Positions 34,310 through 45,803 of a DNA stretch of 64,000 nucleotides are shown here, one piece after another. The DNA is from Diplonema japonicum (taxonomy: Eukaryota; Protista; Euglenozoa: Diplonemea): the NCBI GenBank assembly GCA_964019335.1, contig OZ025668.1, positions 434,001-498,000 of the forward strand, given 5' to 3'. How positions within the stretch are numbered: position 1 is the stretch's first letter; every line of letters begins with the position of its first letter. The notes under the pieces are model-generated. The model was not told the origin of the DNA and searched no databases. It saw only the letters and a list, made by a program, of their open reading frames with translations. Position numbers and translations under genes: made by a program.

Positions 34310-36290
34310 ACACATCCGCTGTCAATCTCTTCATATGACCCAAGATAGACCCGGTAGCTGTTGTAAACGGCTCAATATCAGGCTTAAACTCATGTTTCTT
34401 CAGCAACGCATAGACCCTCTCATGAGCCTGCCGGAATCTACTCCGAGGCAACCTTGGCATCAGGTGGTGCACAATGTGGTAATTCAGACCACCATGGACC
34501 CAGTCCATATACCATGGGCAGGAGATGTCCTTGATGACCTCAGCCTGCCTGCGAACCCAAGAACCCTTCACATCTTCTTTCTCTCGAAAAGGTTTGTCGT
34601 AGTGAGAGAGGCACAGTTGAAGAGCGAGAAGACCTTGCACGGTGGCTCCGATGTACCACAAGGAAACAGCCTGCATGAGTTCAACTCTCGAGAGCATTGC
34701 GAGAACCCAGCTCCAATGTATGATAATACCGACCCACTCTTTAAGACCGTGTTGCATGGTGTAGGATGCAATGCAGATTCCAAACCTGCCAACAAAGAAC
34801 ATTATAGGGAGAAAGGTGATGTGCTGGAGCTTGATGATGTACCGGCATATCTCGTGGGGGAGGAACTGTTTCAGCATATGGTCCTGCATGAAGATCCCTT
34901 GTTCAAACTGTTGAGGGTCGGAGCACCCGACTCCTTCGACAACGGTGTTTGTGAAGAAGTGATGCTCGAAATGTTCATCCCGCCACCACGTCCCGGACAA
35001 CCCCATGCAAACGTTCCCCCAGAACCACCCGTGTTTTTGATCCCGTTTTCTATCGTTGAAAATTGAATTGTGCATTAAATCGTGTGCGAGAAAACCGGAT
35101 TGTTGCCAAAACAACCCAAGACACACGCCGGGAAGAACCCTGTTTGTCAATGTTGTTTCGCCGAAGAAAACACCGGCAACACAGCCTGCAAGGAATCCCA
35201 TACAAGCTGCAGCCTTGCAAAGGTACCAGTTGTACGGCACGTCGAACCAGTGCGTGTCCCACATTTCATTGAGAAGATCGAGGAACTCTGCTTCAAGGGG
35301 GTCGGCGATGTTCCAAGTGTAGCTCCCCACCGGGGTGTACCTCTTGATCAAGGATGGTTTGTGAAAGGCTTCAAACTGCAGAGTCGCGTCTTTCCCGTAG
35401 AACTCCTCTAGAACATCCCCGCCTGGGTGGTGCTCGATGAAGTGTGACACGTCGTACCAGTTCCCACGGACACCGATTTTCTTCGGCGCGTCCAGGCAGG
35501 TCCGCATACGCCTGTTGTGCGAATCCTTGAAGACCGCCCCCGATTTCGTCGAAGCAAAGGGCTTCCTCCTAGCACCGTTCCATGAAAAGTTCATGTTGTT
35601 CCAGATTATAACCCCAACAGCCGCGCCTGTTGCAAGGTGAATACACACTAAAAATCCAGCATCCTTTGCAGCGTAAATAGTAGTAAGCCACACCGTCAGC
35701 TCAACAGCAGATCTGATAGGGTACACCGACCAGTTTTGAACAATGTTAAATGCACGGTCCAAGAGAAGCGCTCCTACAAATGAAAACGAGTCAAGCTTAG
35801 ACAGCGTATCACCTATGATCAGGAAGGAGTATCCACACGATGCGAATGCCAAGCCAGTCTGCGTGGTGTTCTCTAGTACTTTGTACGTAAGGAAGGACAG
35901 CGGCCACAGAACTATCAAGGTGGAGGACCCTGGTCTGGGCTTTAGGTCTTTTGGGAATGACATGGTTGCCTTTCGAGGGAGGGAAGACTGAACAGCTTGA
36001 GACAGGTATGCCCATGATATAATGGACAGCATGCTTGTGACAGTTCCCACTAGGAAGGAGACCAGGACCCCGCTTGGCGACATAACGACGAGCATTCCTA
36101 TCCAGTGGGTCAGTTCTATGAAGGATCTGACGGTGTGTTTTTTCCAGTTTTCCCGTGCGTTTATGATCCTCTCTTTGAGGACCTTTCCACCCGGGATCCC
36201 CAAGAACTCCAGAACTCTACCAGCGACGATCAGTGCTAGGATGGACAGCATCAGGCTGGCCGCCACGGAGTCCACTGACACTCCCTCCAT
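34308..36290 (-). CDS. Cytochrome b5-fused fatty acid/sphingolipid desaturase with extra N-terminal membrane domain
   Basis: HPGG and His boxes HDLMH, HFEHH and HIVHH. Start taken at MEGVSV (36290). Confidence 0.88.
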
Positions 36291-36466
36291 CTTCCTCCCC
36301 TTTTGTATTCCCTGCTTTTTTCTTTCTTCTTTTTTTTTTCTCGCAGTAAAAAAAAAAGGGGGGGTGGGAAAGGTTAACAAGAAAGAGAAGGGAAAAGAAA
36401 AAGGAATATTCACACAAAGAAAAAAAAAATAGAAACATATAAAAAAAAATAATAATAATAATAACC

Positions 36467-36837
36467 ACGGCCTCATATCTCTAAAACCCGATGGGTTGTC
36501 CCAGTCACTGTCAACGGAAACCCGACACCCCCCCCATTTTTTAATGTACTTTTTAAGGTACAAATGACCACAAGAAAAAAAAAATTGTTATGACTAAAAT
36601 GACTTTTTGTTGTTTCGCCGAAAATTTAAAAAAAAAAAACTGTGAAAAGCTTTTTGCTCGGCAAAAAAAAAAAAAAAAAAAAAACAGATATGCGCAGACA
36701 ATTTTGTCCGCGACTCATTCCCGCCATTGGTTTTGAAGGAAAAGAAAAACAGCAATATTTCTCACAAAATCGGTTAAACGGAGGGGAGGGGGGGGGGGGG
36801 GGGAGGTTGAAAACGGGTTTTAAAGATACGAGGGCGT
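36467..36837. mobile_element. MITE-like element, family D, containing a family C fragment
   Basis: acggcctcatatctctaaaacccg / cgggttttaaagatacgagggcgt are inverted termini; (AAT)n flanks both sides. Confidence 0.65.
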
Positions 36838-36930
36838 AATAATAATAAAAAACTGTAACTCTAAAAATCTTCTTTTTTTATAACAAAAAATGGGGGGGGG
36901 AAGAGAAAGAGAGAGAGAGTATCCAATCTA

Positions 36931-38643
36931 TCACGAACAAGCTGCGACCAGCTCCCTACTGGGGAGGGACGCTCTGAAAAACGCAGCATCTTCGTCACGG
37001 CCTTCTAAAGCCGCCTTTTCCATCAAATCCTTCAAATAAGTATGCCCTTCTGGATACCCCTTGTACAAAGTAATCAATCTGGCAAGCACCACAGATGTAT
37101 GTGGGGGTAGGGACGGCTGCTGGAGGAGCGCGGCCATCGCGTCCCTAGAGTAGTCAGCTTGCGGAGGGTTCAAGAGAAATGATTTTTCGGCTTTGAGGTG
37201 GGTCCTCAAGGCACGGGTCCCATGTGATAAGCAAACCTCAGCCAAAGCAGGGTCGTGACTGGAGGCAATATAGTACAGCTCATCAAACCAAGAAGAAGCT
37301 TGTAAAGTAGTGGCCATGTAAAACCCATTGCAGACGTCTTCTTCTTGCAGAGATTTGACGTAAAATCTTCTGAAAATCGACGTAAAGACATCACCATCGA
37401 CACCTTTTGGCATTCCCACAGGGATGTACCCCGGGGCGAACTCAGTGAGCACACCTTTTGCGAACGTAAAGTCTGATCTCGCATACGCCCTGCACACAAC
37501 CTCGGAGATCAATGTTAGTCTATCGCTTTTTGTTAGATTTCTCAGCAAGTTTATAGTCTTTTGCAACGGGAGATTTTTGGCAAGATGTGCATGGGTTGAC
37601 CCGCCGGACAACGAACAGATGGCAACGGGCCCCCCACGCCCCACCACCGCCAGCGAAGACCCCGAAAGAAACATAGCAGCCACGGAACTGTTGAAAAAAA
37701 AATGCGAGGGAAGCGTATAATGCCCCGGTGACGCACCGCTAAGCACCTTCAAAGGGTTCAAACCGTAATCATAGAAGTTAACGAAATCACCTCCTGACAC
37801 AATGACCAAAGTAGACGAGACGAGTATGGTAGTAGCGGTACCTTGAGTGGGGTGGTCGGATGTCACCTGCGTGCGGGACACAGTATTCCGAAGAGTTAGC
37901 TTTGAGTTGGTGCACCCAATACACCACATCACTCCGTCCGGACTTACCCCTGCACAGGAAGGCACACCTGGCGTGTGAATCGACACCTTTTCGGAGATTG
38001 TCATTTCCTGCACAGACACCGTGAGCAAGGTTGTGGTGAGCTCTCCTCGCAACGCGGTTGTTCCCAATATTCTAAAGAAGTCCGAAGTAGAACTATCGCA
38101 CCACTGCACACGAAGAATTCTGTCTATAAAATGCGGGATGTCGGTAAACGACTGCGACCTGTGCATTGCACCATTCGCAGTGTCCTTTGAGACCAAAAAA
38201 ACCGTTGATGGCGGTGTTACGATAATGGTGGTCCGGGCCCCAGGTACTATGTGTGTAGCATCATCGCTTATGTCTGTCGATGTCTTCCCGTTGGAAAGAA
38301 CACCTGAGCACGACACTAAGGTGTCGTCTAGAGAGGCGAAGGCCGCACACGCGACAGTTTTCTTCCCTCCTTTGCACAACGCTGTTTTGAATTTCATGTT
38401 TGGTCCTTCAGTGGTTCTAATGTTGCCCACAGCACCGTTGCCCAGGGCGAGATCGAAGGATATTTCGCCGTTTTCGGAGGTCACCCTGCCGCCTACAACT
38501 TTATTCGTCCCAAGGTTGCTGTTTAAGAGGTTCAGTGCCGTCGCTCCTTTTTTCCCCACTTCGCCCACCGTGAAGGGCCGCACTCCTTCTACATGTTGTC
38601 TATTCTTCCCAACTGTCGATACTGCGCCTGCTAGGGATAACAT
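36931..38643 (-). CDS. WDPCP/Fritz-like ciliogenesis protein
   Basis: Beta-rich N-terminus. C-terminal FRRFY...FYMA...WFDELYYIA...ALAEV resembles the conserved WDPCP block (RRFFHHLL...FLLA...FMDIHYLA...ALAEV) as I recall it. Confidence 0.6.
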   Translation of the reverse strand: MLSLAGAVSTVGKNRQHVEGVRPFTVGEVGKKGATALNLLNSNLGTNKVVGGRVTSENGEISFDLALGNGAVGNIRTTEGPNMKFKTALCKGGKKTVACAAFASLDDTLVSCSGVLSNGKTSTDISDDATHIVPGARTTIIVTPPSTVFLVSKDTANGAMHRSQSFTDIPHFIDRILRVQWCDSSTSDFFRILGTTALRGELTTTLLTVSVQEMTISEKVSIHTPGVPSCAGVSPDGVMWCIGCTNSKLTLRNTVSRTQVTSDHPTQGTATTILVSSTLVIVSGGDFVNFYDYGLNPLKVLSGASPGHYTLPSHFFFNSSVAAMFLSGSSLAVVGRGGPVAICSLSGGSTHAHLAKNLPLQKTINLLRNLTKSDRLTLISEVVCRAYARSDFTFAKGVLTEFAPGYIPVGMPKGVDGDVFTSIFRRFYVKSLQEEDVCNGFYMATTLQASSWFDELYYIASSHDPALAEVCLSHGTRALRTHLKAEKSFLLNPPQADYSRDAMAALLQQPSLPPHTSVVLARLITLYKGYPEGHTYLKDLMEKAALEGRDEDAAFFRASLPSRELVAACS

Positions 38644-39815
38644 CGCATTATTTTCCCCGCCCTCCCTATTTTTTTTGTTGCTTTTTGTTTTTTTAAAAGA
38701 AATAATAATAAACTTTTTTTGGGGGGGTGTAGTGGGGGGGGCGGGTTTAGCAGGAAAACAAAAAACTTGCGTTCTCTCCCCCTTCCTTTTGTCCCCCCCC
38801 CCCCCCCCATAATAAGCTATTGTACTTTTAAAAAAAAGGTTCCTAATTGTACGAAAGAATCATAAATCGCAGTCATCCAGGAGTCATATCAAAATGGAAA
38901 AAAAGGCGATGTTTAAGGGCAAATCCCACTCGAGGACCACCCTAAAAAAAGGGAGGGGTTGATAAAAAAAGAAAAACGGATCCGTAGTCGGCCAATCGGT
39001 CTAGCCGACCATATCTTGGAGGCCGATTGGAGTCATGGAATAGGCCGACCGACAAGAAGAAAAAAATAAAAGGAGAAGCAGCAAAAAAAAAAGCAAGGAC
39101 GGCAATAGGTCAGCATAGGCTCTGGTTGATCAAGGTGGCCCGAGTTACCGAAATGGGATGACTCTTGCGGTGTATGTAAAAAGGAAGAAAAGAAAGAAAA
39201 ATAACTGAATAATAAAAAAAAAAAAAAGAAACAAGGACATTATACTACTAATTATAAGGGGAATAAAGGGGGGAGAGGCTAAGACTGAACAGATAAGGAA
39301 AAAAAAGATTTTAAGGGGGGGGAGAATAGAGAAACTTGACATTAAAGATCGCACCAAACCTTGGCTCGAGCAAGTTGCTTGGAGAAAAGAAGAAAAAGGG
39401 AAGGGGGGGGGGTTAAAAAGAACGATTGGACCCTGCTTCGGGGAATCTTAATGCCACCCGATACCTTCCCGACGAACGGATAGCTTTCTCTTCCCTTCCT
39501 TTGTGGCCAAGACCGCTTCACACAGAGGAGTGCGAGCTAAAACAAAAACCTCTAACAAAAGACCATTCTCTGTCAGACGAGACTGCAAGGGTTAGGCGTT
39601 GGGCTTATCACTTAGGTGCCCTTTTTCTGTTACCCCACACACAGCGGTTATGAAGGAAAGAAGAAAAAGAAAGGGGGAAAGACTTTTTTTTTTTTTATTA
39701 TAAAAAGAGTTCGGGAAGACGCTTTTACTTGGAGCGTCCCCACTACAGTACTTTGTTTGGCAGTAAAGCCACTTGCTTTAGTTTTATTAATTTTAAAGGG
39801 AATGAAGTAAATGAT

Positions 39816-39850
<35 letters not shown>

Positions 39851-39852
<2 letters not shown>

Positions 39853-40029
39853 AACTGGCCGTTGTTTGTACGTGCCGGTACTCGAGGTCCGCGTATTGGA
39901 CCAGATCATCCCAGTCTAGTGCCGTCATTTTGTTTGTACGTGCCGGGTAAAACCTGGAGAAGTTTGTCAACCCGAAACACGTTGCCAACGTTCCCCTTTT
40001 GTTTAGACAAGTCAAAGACTCGTTCTTGC
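39851..40029. repeat. Dispersed repeat family B, long variant
   Basis: Contains 51 extra nt between 17-bp direct repeats ttgtttgtacgtgccgg (39862-39878 and 39930-39946). Confidence 0.9.
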
Positions 40030-40045
40030 AAAAAAAAAAAAAAAA

Positions 40046-40085
40046 CATTTAAGGGTACCTGCGGTATGTGACAGGACGCCTGATG
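40046..40085 (-). mobile_element. Stand-alone LINE 3' stem-loop copy
   Basis: Near-identical to 53622-53658; homopolymer tracts on both sides. Confidence 0.75.
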
Positions 40086-40383
40086 AAAAAAAAAAAAAAA
40101 AAGTACACCACTGAATGAGGCCTCTTGAACTAAGAAGCCTGTTCATCAGGTGGACAACAATGTGATAGATACGTTGGGGAATCGTACGTGAAGGAGAAGG
40201 AAGAAAGGAAGGAAGGGAAGAGTGGAGGAGGAGGGTGCCTTGCGCAAACCTGTCCTTTTTTTTTTTTTGGTTCGTTCCACTTTTCTCATTAACAACATCA
40301 CATACACTCAAAAGAAAAAAACGCTCAAAAAACCAAGAAAAAAAAATAGGAAAAAAAAAAGGGTTAGAAGAAATAAAATCCAT

Positions 40384-40424
<41 letters not shown>

Positions 40425-41305
40425 GAATTGTAAATCTTCTTCTTCTCGTAAATAATTACTGCCATCTCTTTTCCACACCTTTAATGAATCCTCCTGTCAA
40501 CCTGTACACACTTGCTATCAAAATTGGACAGGTCGCGGTGTGCATTAAATCTTTGTGTGAAAAAAAGGGAGCACCCCACCGTCATGATGTTGGAACTTGG
40601 CACCAAACCTTTTTTTTTTCCCCCTTTCTCCTTTTCCCTCCCCTTCTCCACTTTTTTTTTTCTTTTTTAATTTCACACGAGCTCAAAACCTTTCTATCCC
40701 AATAAATTCACATAGGGAAGTGTGAAACAAGGCCTGCTTGCTCAACTGAAAAAAAAAAAAAAGAAAAAGGGAGAACGGGAATAGTTCAAAAAAAGAAAAA
40801 GAGAGAAAAAAAACAATGTACAAAGGTCAGGGAAGTCGTGAGTTGAAAAAAAAAAAGAAGGGAAGAGACGGGATACTGGCAAAAAAAGAGAATTGGGCAT
40901 GGGGGGTTAAGTCCTTATGCATCAGGAAAACCCCTTCATCTCATTTTCTTTATTGTGCATGGCTGATCAGAGAATTTTCTATGTTCGATTTTCAGAGGTA
41001 GTAGCGCATCAGAAAAATAAATATGATAGGGGGGGGGGGGGGGGTATTATTACCAGATTTGGGAATTGGATTTTCTTTTTCGGTTTTAGGAGTGTGTAAT
41101 GTAATTTCAAAGTACCCACCACCAAGGAATGGCAGGCCTATTTTATTCCTTACTGAAAAAAATAATGGTACTTTCTTTGGGGTTTTCACTCAATTTGGGA
41201 CTTTCTTCGGTCCAACATATTCCCAAATCTGGAAAAAAAGAAAAAAAGATTCTGTCAGAAAGAAAACCAGAATCACTTCTACTTTAAAAAAAAAAAGAAG
41301 ACGGC

Positions 41306-41352
<47 letters not shown>

Positions 41353-41420
41353 AGACGGCAGTAACTCAGCTTTTCTTTTTCTTTTCTTTGTCTACACAAG
41401 ATCAAAATGGAGAGAGCTCC

Positions 41421-42230
41421 TCACCTTTTATGAATATTTTTCAACTTCCGTATCCCCCGACGCTCTGGCTGGATTTCTTGAACATCAGCACTGGCTGCAA
41501 CAAGCTGGTCGCACACCTCCCTGTGCCCTCTCAAGGAAGCGTAATACAACGGTGTGTGCTGTTGGTGGTCACGCGGGTCAATACTGCATCCATAGGAAAG
41601 AAACAGTTCTACTGTATACCTGTGACCCCTCGAGGCAGCCAGATGAAGAGGAGTTTGACCAAGATTATTTTGCGCGTCAGACGCTCGGGTCGATCGGAAG
41701 AGCAATTCTGTTGTTTCTAAGCAACCTGAGGAGGCGGCAAAATGTAAAGGAGTACCACCACAAGACGCACGACAGGAAGGGTCAGCGCCCAGTAGCAACA
41801 AAGCAGATACCATTTCTGTGTATCCATTGGCTGAAGCGTAGTGCAAAGCGGTCCAAGAACTGCTCACCAGAAATATTTCAGATCGGCTGTCGATTTCACT
41901 AACCTCTACCACACCGGCTTGAATTAGCCAAACCATGTATTCTACTTCATTACGAAGAACGCATTCGAAAAATTCCTCTTTCGTGCCTTGCAGGCCAGCT
42001 TGTCGCAGCTTCGACATCGGTGAGGATCGGACCCAGATAACATCCCCTTCGGTGAAGCCCCACACCCCTTCTTCCTTAACGACGCCACCTTCGTGGACCA
42101 GTTCGATCCCGTCCTCCCTGAACCCGTACAGCCCCGCCACCTTTTTCAGTATTGTTTCAAACCGTTCATTTTCACCTACCGACAAGCATTTCATGTCGCC
42201 GCTGCTTTCCGTGCATATGTGCAGTTGCAT
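41421..42230 (-). CDS. Ubiquitin-like + ankyrin repeat protein
   Basis: TALHYAS, TPLHFAA, TPLHLAA and TPLYYAS repeats; N-terminal ~70 aa look Ubl-like. Confidence 0.85.
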   Translation of the reverse strand: MQLHICTESSGDMKCLSVGENERFETILKKVAGLYGFREDGIELVHEGGVVKEEGVWGFTEGDVIWVRSSPMSKLRQAGLQGTKEEFFECVLRNEVEYMVWLIQAGVVEVSEIDSRSEIFLVSSSWTALHYASANGYTEMVSALLLLGADPSCRASCGGTPLHFAASSGCLETTELLFRSTRASDAQNNLGQTPLHLAASRGHRYTVELFLSYGCSIDPRDHQQHTPLYYASLRGHREVCDQLVAASADVQEIQPERRGIRKLKNIHKR

Positions 42231-42419
42231 TGTGTCAAGTGGGTACCGTTGGTGTTCCCCCGCTCTCCCCCTCCCTCTCCCTCCCTTCTGATTCAGTTGT
42301 TATTTAAAAAGATAGGGAGGAAAAAAGGGGAAAAATTCGGCTTTGAAAAAGCGATTACGTGAGAAGAGGTAAAAGAGGTGTGTGTTCTTTCCTTTAAAAA
42401 GAAAAAAGAAGAAGAAAAC

Positions 42420-42600
42420 AGCTATTTTTTTTTTTTTACTATCAACATTTTCCTTACCGTTGTACCTCGAGATTCCGCAGTTGTTTGTTTTACCATCGAG
42501 GGCCCGGAAAATAGGCTATAATTTCACCGTGAAGTAATGAGATTTAGCGTGAAGTAATGAGCCCTGAGAGAGCGTGAAGTAATTTCAGAAGAGTGAAAAG
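42420..42600. mobile_element. Family E deletion derivative
   Basis: Left arm of the 47594 hairpin (up to gggccc) is joined directly to the sequence of 48240-48335 with three gtgaagtaat motifs. Confidence 0.75.
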
Positions 42601-43145
42601 AAAAGAAAAAAAAGAAAAAAACCGAACAGGAGTAAGAATAGGAGAAGGGGGGAGAGAGAGAAATGTGAAAGCGAAGATTGCAATTGCGTCATCACTACAC
42701 TGTAATTATGTTCGAGAGGCAGAGGGGGGCGGGGGGGGAGAGGAAACTTTAATAAAAAAAAACTTGAACCAACACTTTGTAGAAAATGCCATCAGGCTCA
42801 AGGGCTTCAGGTATCCTGTGCCTATAAGGTAAGGCTTCTTCTTATTTTCTTTTTTGCCTCTCCCCCTTTGTTTCTTTTTTTCTTATTTTTTTTCTTCTTC
42901 TTCAAAATTAATATTTGTTCGCTGAATGCTTATCAAAGTCACTCTCGGGGGAAATAAAATCACTATGACAGGGAAAGCGAAGCAGGGGCAGCAACAACCC
43001 ACCGACCCTGCATGACTAAAAAAAAAAAAAAAAAAAAAACGGGAAGGGAAAACCTTGGGGGAAAGAAAATCAAAGTGAACCTACCGGTGGTGGTTTCATT
43101 ACGAGGTTAGAATTTTTTTCTTCCCCCCCCCCCTCTCCTCCCCTA

Positions 43146-44036
43146 TCAACATTTCAACGCCCGCCTGACAATCGCGGTAATAATCGCCTTCTCCACCGCA
43201 GCAGCACCCGTGGTGCAAATAAGATCATTCCTACTACTGGGCATCGACGCAGGCGCAGCACAATATCCAGGGAGGACCTCAGAAGGGTTCTCAATGAATG
43301 CTACATGATCAGGATGCAACACTGGCTCAGCCTCTGCAACAGATATATGAGGAACAGTTCTGTTGCTCTCCTTTCGGACCGACAAAGCAGGCATCACAGA
43401 AGACACGGTTTGGTACAAAGAATAAGACACCACAGCTGCAGAAGCAGCTGCCATAACGGGACGGGAATTGCAGTGGGACACCACACCCATCGTTGTCTTC
43501 AATGGATTGCACACTGCCGTTTTACAACTTTGCAGAGTTTCCAAAGGATGCGCAACGCAACGCGCTGCGGTAGAAAATACAGACACGACCCCGTCAATAG
43601 CTTCATGAACCATATACTGTGCTGGGTTAAGAGATGGTTGAGGTTGTGAACGTGAAGCCAGGACAGCAGATTCTGACACCGTGGACTGGATGACACTAAG
43701 GAGGGACTCGCAGTAGTCGGAAAGCTCATCTTGAGTGAAATCTTTGTTAAGATCTGCGAGGTTGAAGGGAGCCGTTCCCTTTTCTACGGTGAGCTTTCCG
43801 TTTTTCACTGTGACCTGGCAGCTGTGGCGAAGGCCGTACATACCGCAGAGAACGTTCTGATAACCTGTGTTGGGCAAAGCTTCGACCTTCTTCGCCAGCT
43901 CGTCGATGTTTTCGTTGTTTATCATACGGAGCACGCGCATTACCGCTTCCTTGTCAATACCCTCTTCTTGTAATATTTCATTGATGCCTGCCTCGAAGCA
44001 TTCCATTACTGCACTGCACTGCAGGCCTGATAGCAT
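43146..44036 (-). CDS. Hypothetical protein
   Basis: 296-aa ORF on the cluster strand with ATG after an A-tract; no motif recognised. Confidence 0.7.
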   Translation of the reverse strand: MLSGLQCSAVMECFEAGINEILQEEGIDKEAVMRVLRMINNENIDELAKKVEALPNTGYQNVLCGMYGLRHSCQVTVKNGKLTVEKGTAPFNLADLNKDFTQDELSDYCESLLSVIQSTVSESAVLASRSQPQPSLNPAQYMVHEAIDGVVSVFSTAARCVAHPLETLQSCKTAVCNPLKTTMGVVSHCNSRPVMAAASAAVVSYSLYQTVSSVMPALSVRKESNRTVPHISVAEAEPVLHPDHVAFIENPSEVLPGYCAAPASMPSSRNDLICTTGAAAVEKAIITAIVRRALKC

Positions 44037-44267
44037 TTTTTTTTTATTCCTTAACGAGTCGGAGTACAGGGGGGTGAAAACAGAAAGAAGAAAGAAAAAG
44101 GCTGAAAGAAGAAAGAAAGAAAAGAAGAAGAAGAAGAAAAAAAAAGTAAAGTAATTGGCACACAGGGTAAAAAAAGGGGGGGGGGGGTGTGGGGAAACCG
44201 AGTTGTTGGGTTGGTGGTGAAGGGTAAAAGATTTATATTTCTTGTTTTTTTTTCTTCACAAAAAAAA

Positions 44268-44302
44268 GGGCGAATCCGCAGTATGTGATAGGATCGCCCT
44301 TT
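44268..44302 (-). mobile_element. Stand-alone LINE 3' stem-loop copy (variant)
   Basis: gggcgaatccgcagtatgtgataggatcgccc, between A-tracts on the + strand. Confidence 0.65.
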
Positions 44303-44961
44303 AAAAAAAAAAAAAAAAAAGAAAGAGGAAGAAAAAAAATCTGGGTAAATGAGAAAAGAAATTTTTTCCTTTTTTTTTGGGTTGGGCAAAGGGGGGGGGG
44401 GGGGAGAAAAGACAGGGGAGAGGTGGGAAGGAAGGGGGTATAATCATCATGGTTCTTTCGTAGCTTTTTTTTTTCTTTTGCTTTTGTTTTGTATTCCTTT
44501 GTTTCCACTCTCTTCAACAATTTTCTTTTTTCGGCTATAAAAAGAAATAGGAAGCCAGCAGAGAGAAATTTAATTCAAAAAAGAAAAGTTAGAAAGAGAT
44601 CAAATAGGGGGTGGGGGGTGGGAATGGTAAATGAAGGCGAGTGAAAAAAAATAGCAAAAGAGAGAAAAAGAAAAAAAGATGAAAAAAGAAAATTTCAGTT
44701 TCTTTTCTTTTTTTTCCATTGATAGGGAGAAGAATAAGCGGGGGGGGGGGGGGGGGGGAATGGAACAAAGGTATGGAACTAAAGAAAAAAAGATTTTTTT
44801 GATCTACCAAAATAAGAAGACAAAAAGGGGAAAAGAAAAAAAAAAACACACACGAAGGGGAACAAAAAAAATATATGAGTTAAAGGAAGTCTTTGTGAGA
44901 CGCCCCCCAAAAAAAAGGGGGGTAAAAAAATTTTTTTTGCAAAAACATTTTTTTTTTCTCT

Positions 44962-45711
44962 TCAATTGATGATTCTCCAACCTTGCTCAGGCACATAGCA
45001 GTAACAAGACAATGTTATGTTCTTAGAAGTGGTCAAAAACGATGAAGTCTTACCATGCACCCTTTCACCATTAACATGGACATACACATGAACTGTAACA
45101 TGTCTGTTCTCATCTTTGGGACTATAAGAGTAAGATTCTGTCACGAACTCCAAGATTGAACCTTTTTTGATAAGGTAGTTCTGAAGTTTTTCGGACTCCC
45201 AGTGGACGGCACCTTTTTCACCGATGCTGACTTGAGCCATTTCCTCGGACCCTCGGCCTGCTCGGACACCTTCTGCAGTGACTCCAATAGAGGTGGTCCA
45301 TGAAGGGTCATACATGCATTGGGCCATGAAAGAGAAATTTGTTCCAGATGGTTTCAGGGGGAGCAGAGGGGTGGTGTGCGCGTCCCAGTTTTTGGTCCCG
45401 CTGCACTTGTTGATGATGACCGTGTTATTTTCCGTGAAACCCGCGACAGTATTGTCACCGTCGAACAGCTCCCACGTCAGCTTCACAGGCTTGGCAACCA
45501 GGTCTAAAACATCATCACACCCGACTCCTGTTTCACTGATATCCTCGTCGCTTTCCAGCATCACCTCGTTGAACATCAAGGTGAACCCTTCTGTGTCAAC
45601 AACACCCTTTAGCTCCTGAAAAATCGCCTCTACAGAAGCATCAGAGGGCACCGTGATCCCATGGATCGTCCCGTCTCTGTCCCGGACGTGAAGCGGGAAG
45701 TCCCCGGGCAT
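44962..45711 (-). CDS. Protein with N-terminal ubiquitin-like domain and beta-rich C-terminus
   Basis: LHVRDRDG...FTLMFNEVMLESDEDISETGVGCDDVLDLV fits a Ubl pattern. Confidence 0.75.
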   Translation of the reverse strand: MPGDFPLHVRDRDGTIHGITVPSDASVEAIFQELKGVVDTEGFTLMFNEVMLESDEDISETGVGCDDVLDLVAKPVKLTWELFDGDNTVAGFTENNTVIINKCSGTKNWDAHTTPLLPLKPSGTNFSFMAQCMYDPSWTTSIGVTAEGVRAGRGSEEMAQVSIGEKGAVHWESEKLQNYLIKKGSILEFVTESYSYSPKDENRHVTVHVYVHVNGERVHGKTSSFLTTSKNITLSCYCYVPEQGWRIIN

Positions 45712-45728
45712 TTTTTTTTTTTCTTGTG

Positions 45729-45766
<38 letters not shown>

Positions 45767-45803
45767 CTCGGGGGGGGGAATAAAAAAAAATGTTTAACAC
45801 GTT

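Noticed and set aside
36838-36870. Possible second, degenerate SL relic (GATTTTTAGAGTTACAGTTT on the - strand)
   Set aside because: Short, AT-rich and lacks CTGTACT; compatible with chance.
38985-39055. Cluster of gtcggcc/ggccgac short inverted motifs
   Set aside because: No clear termini or second copy; cannot be assigned.
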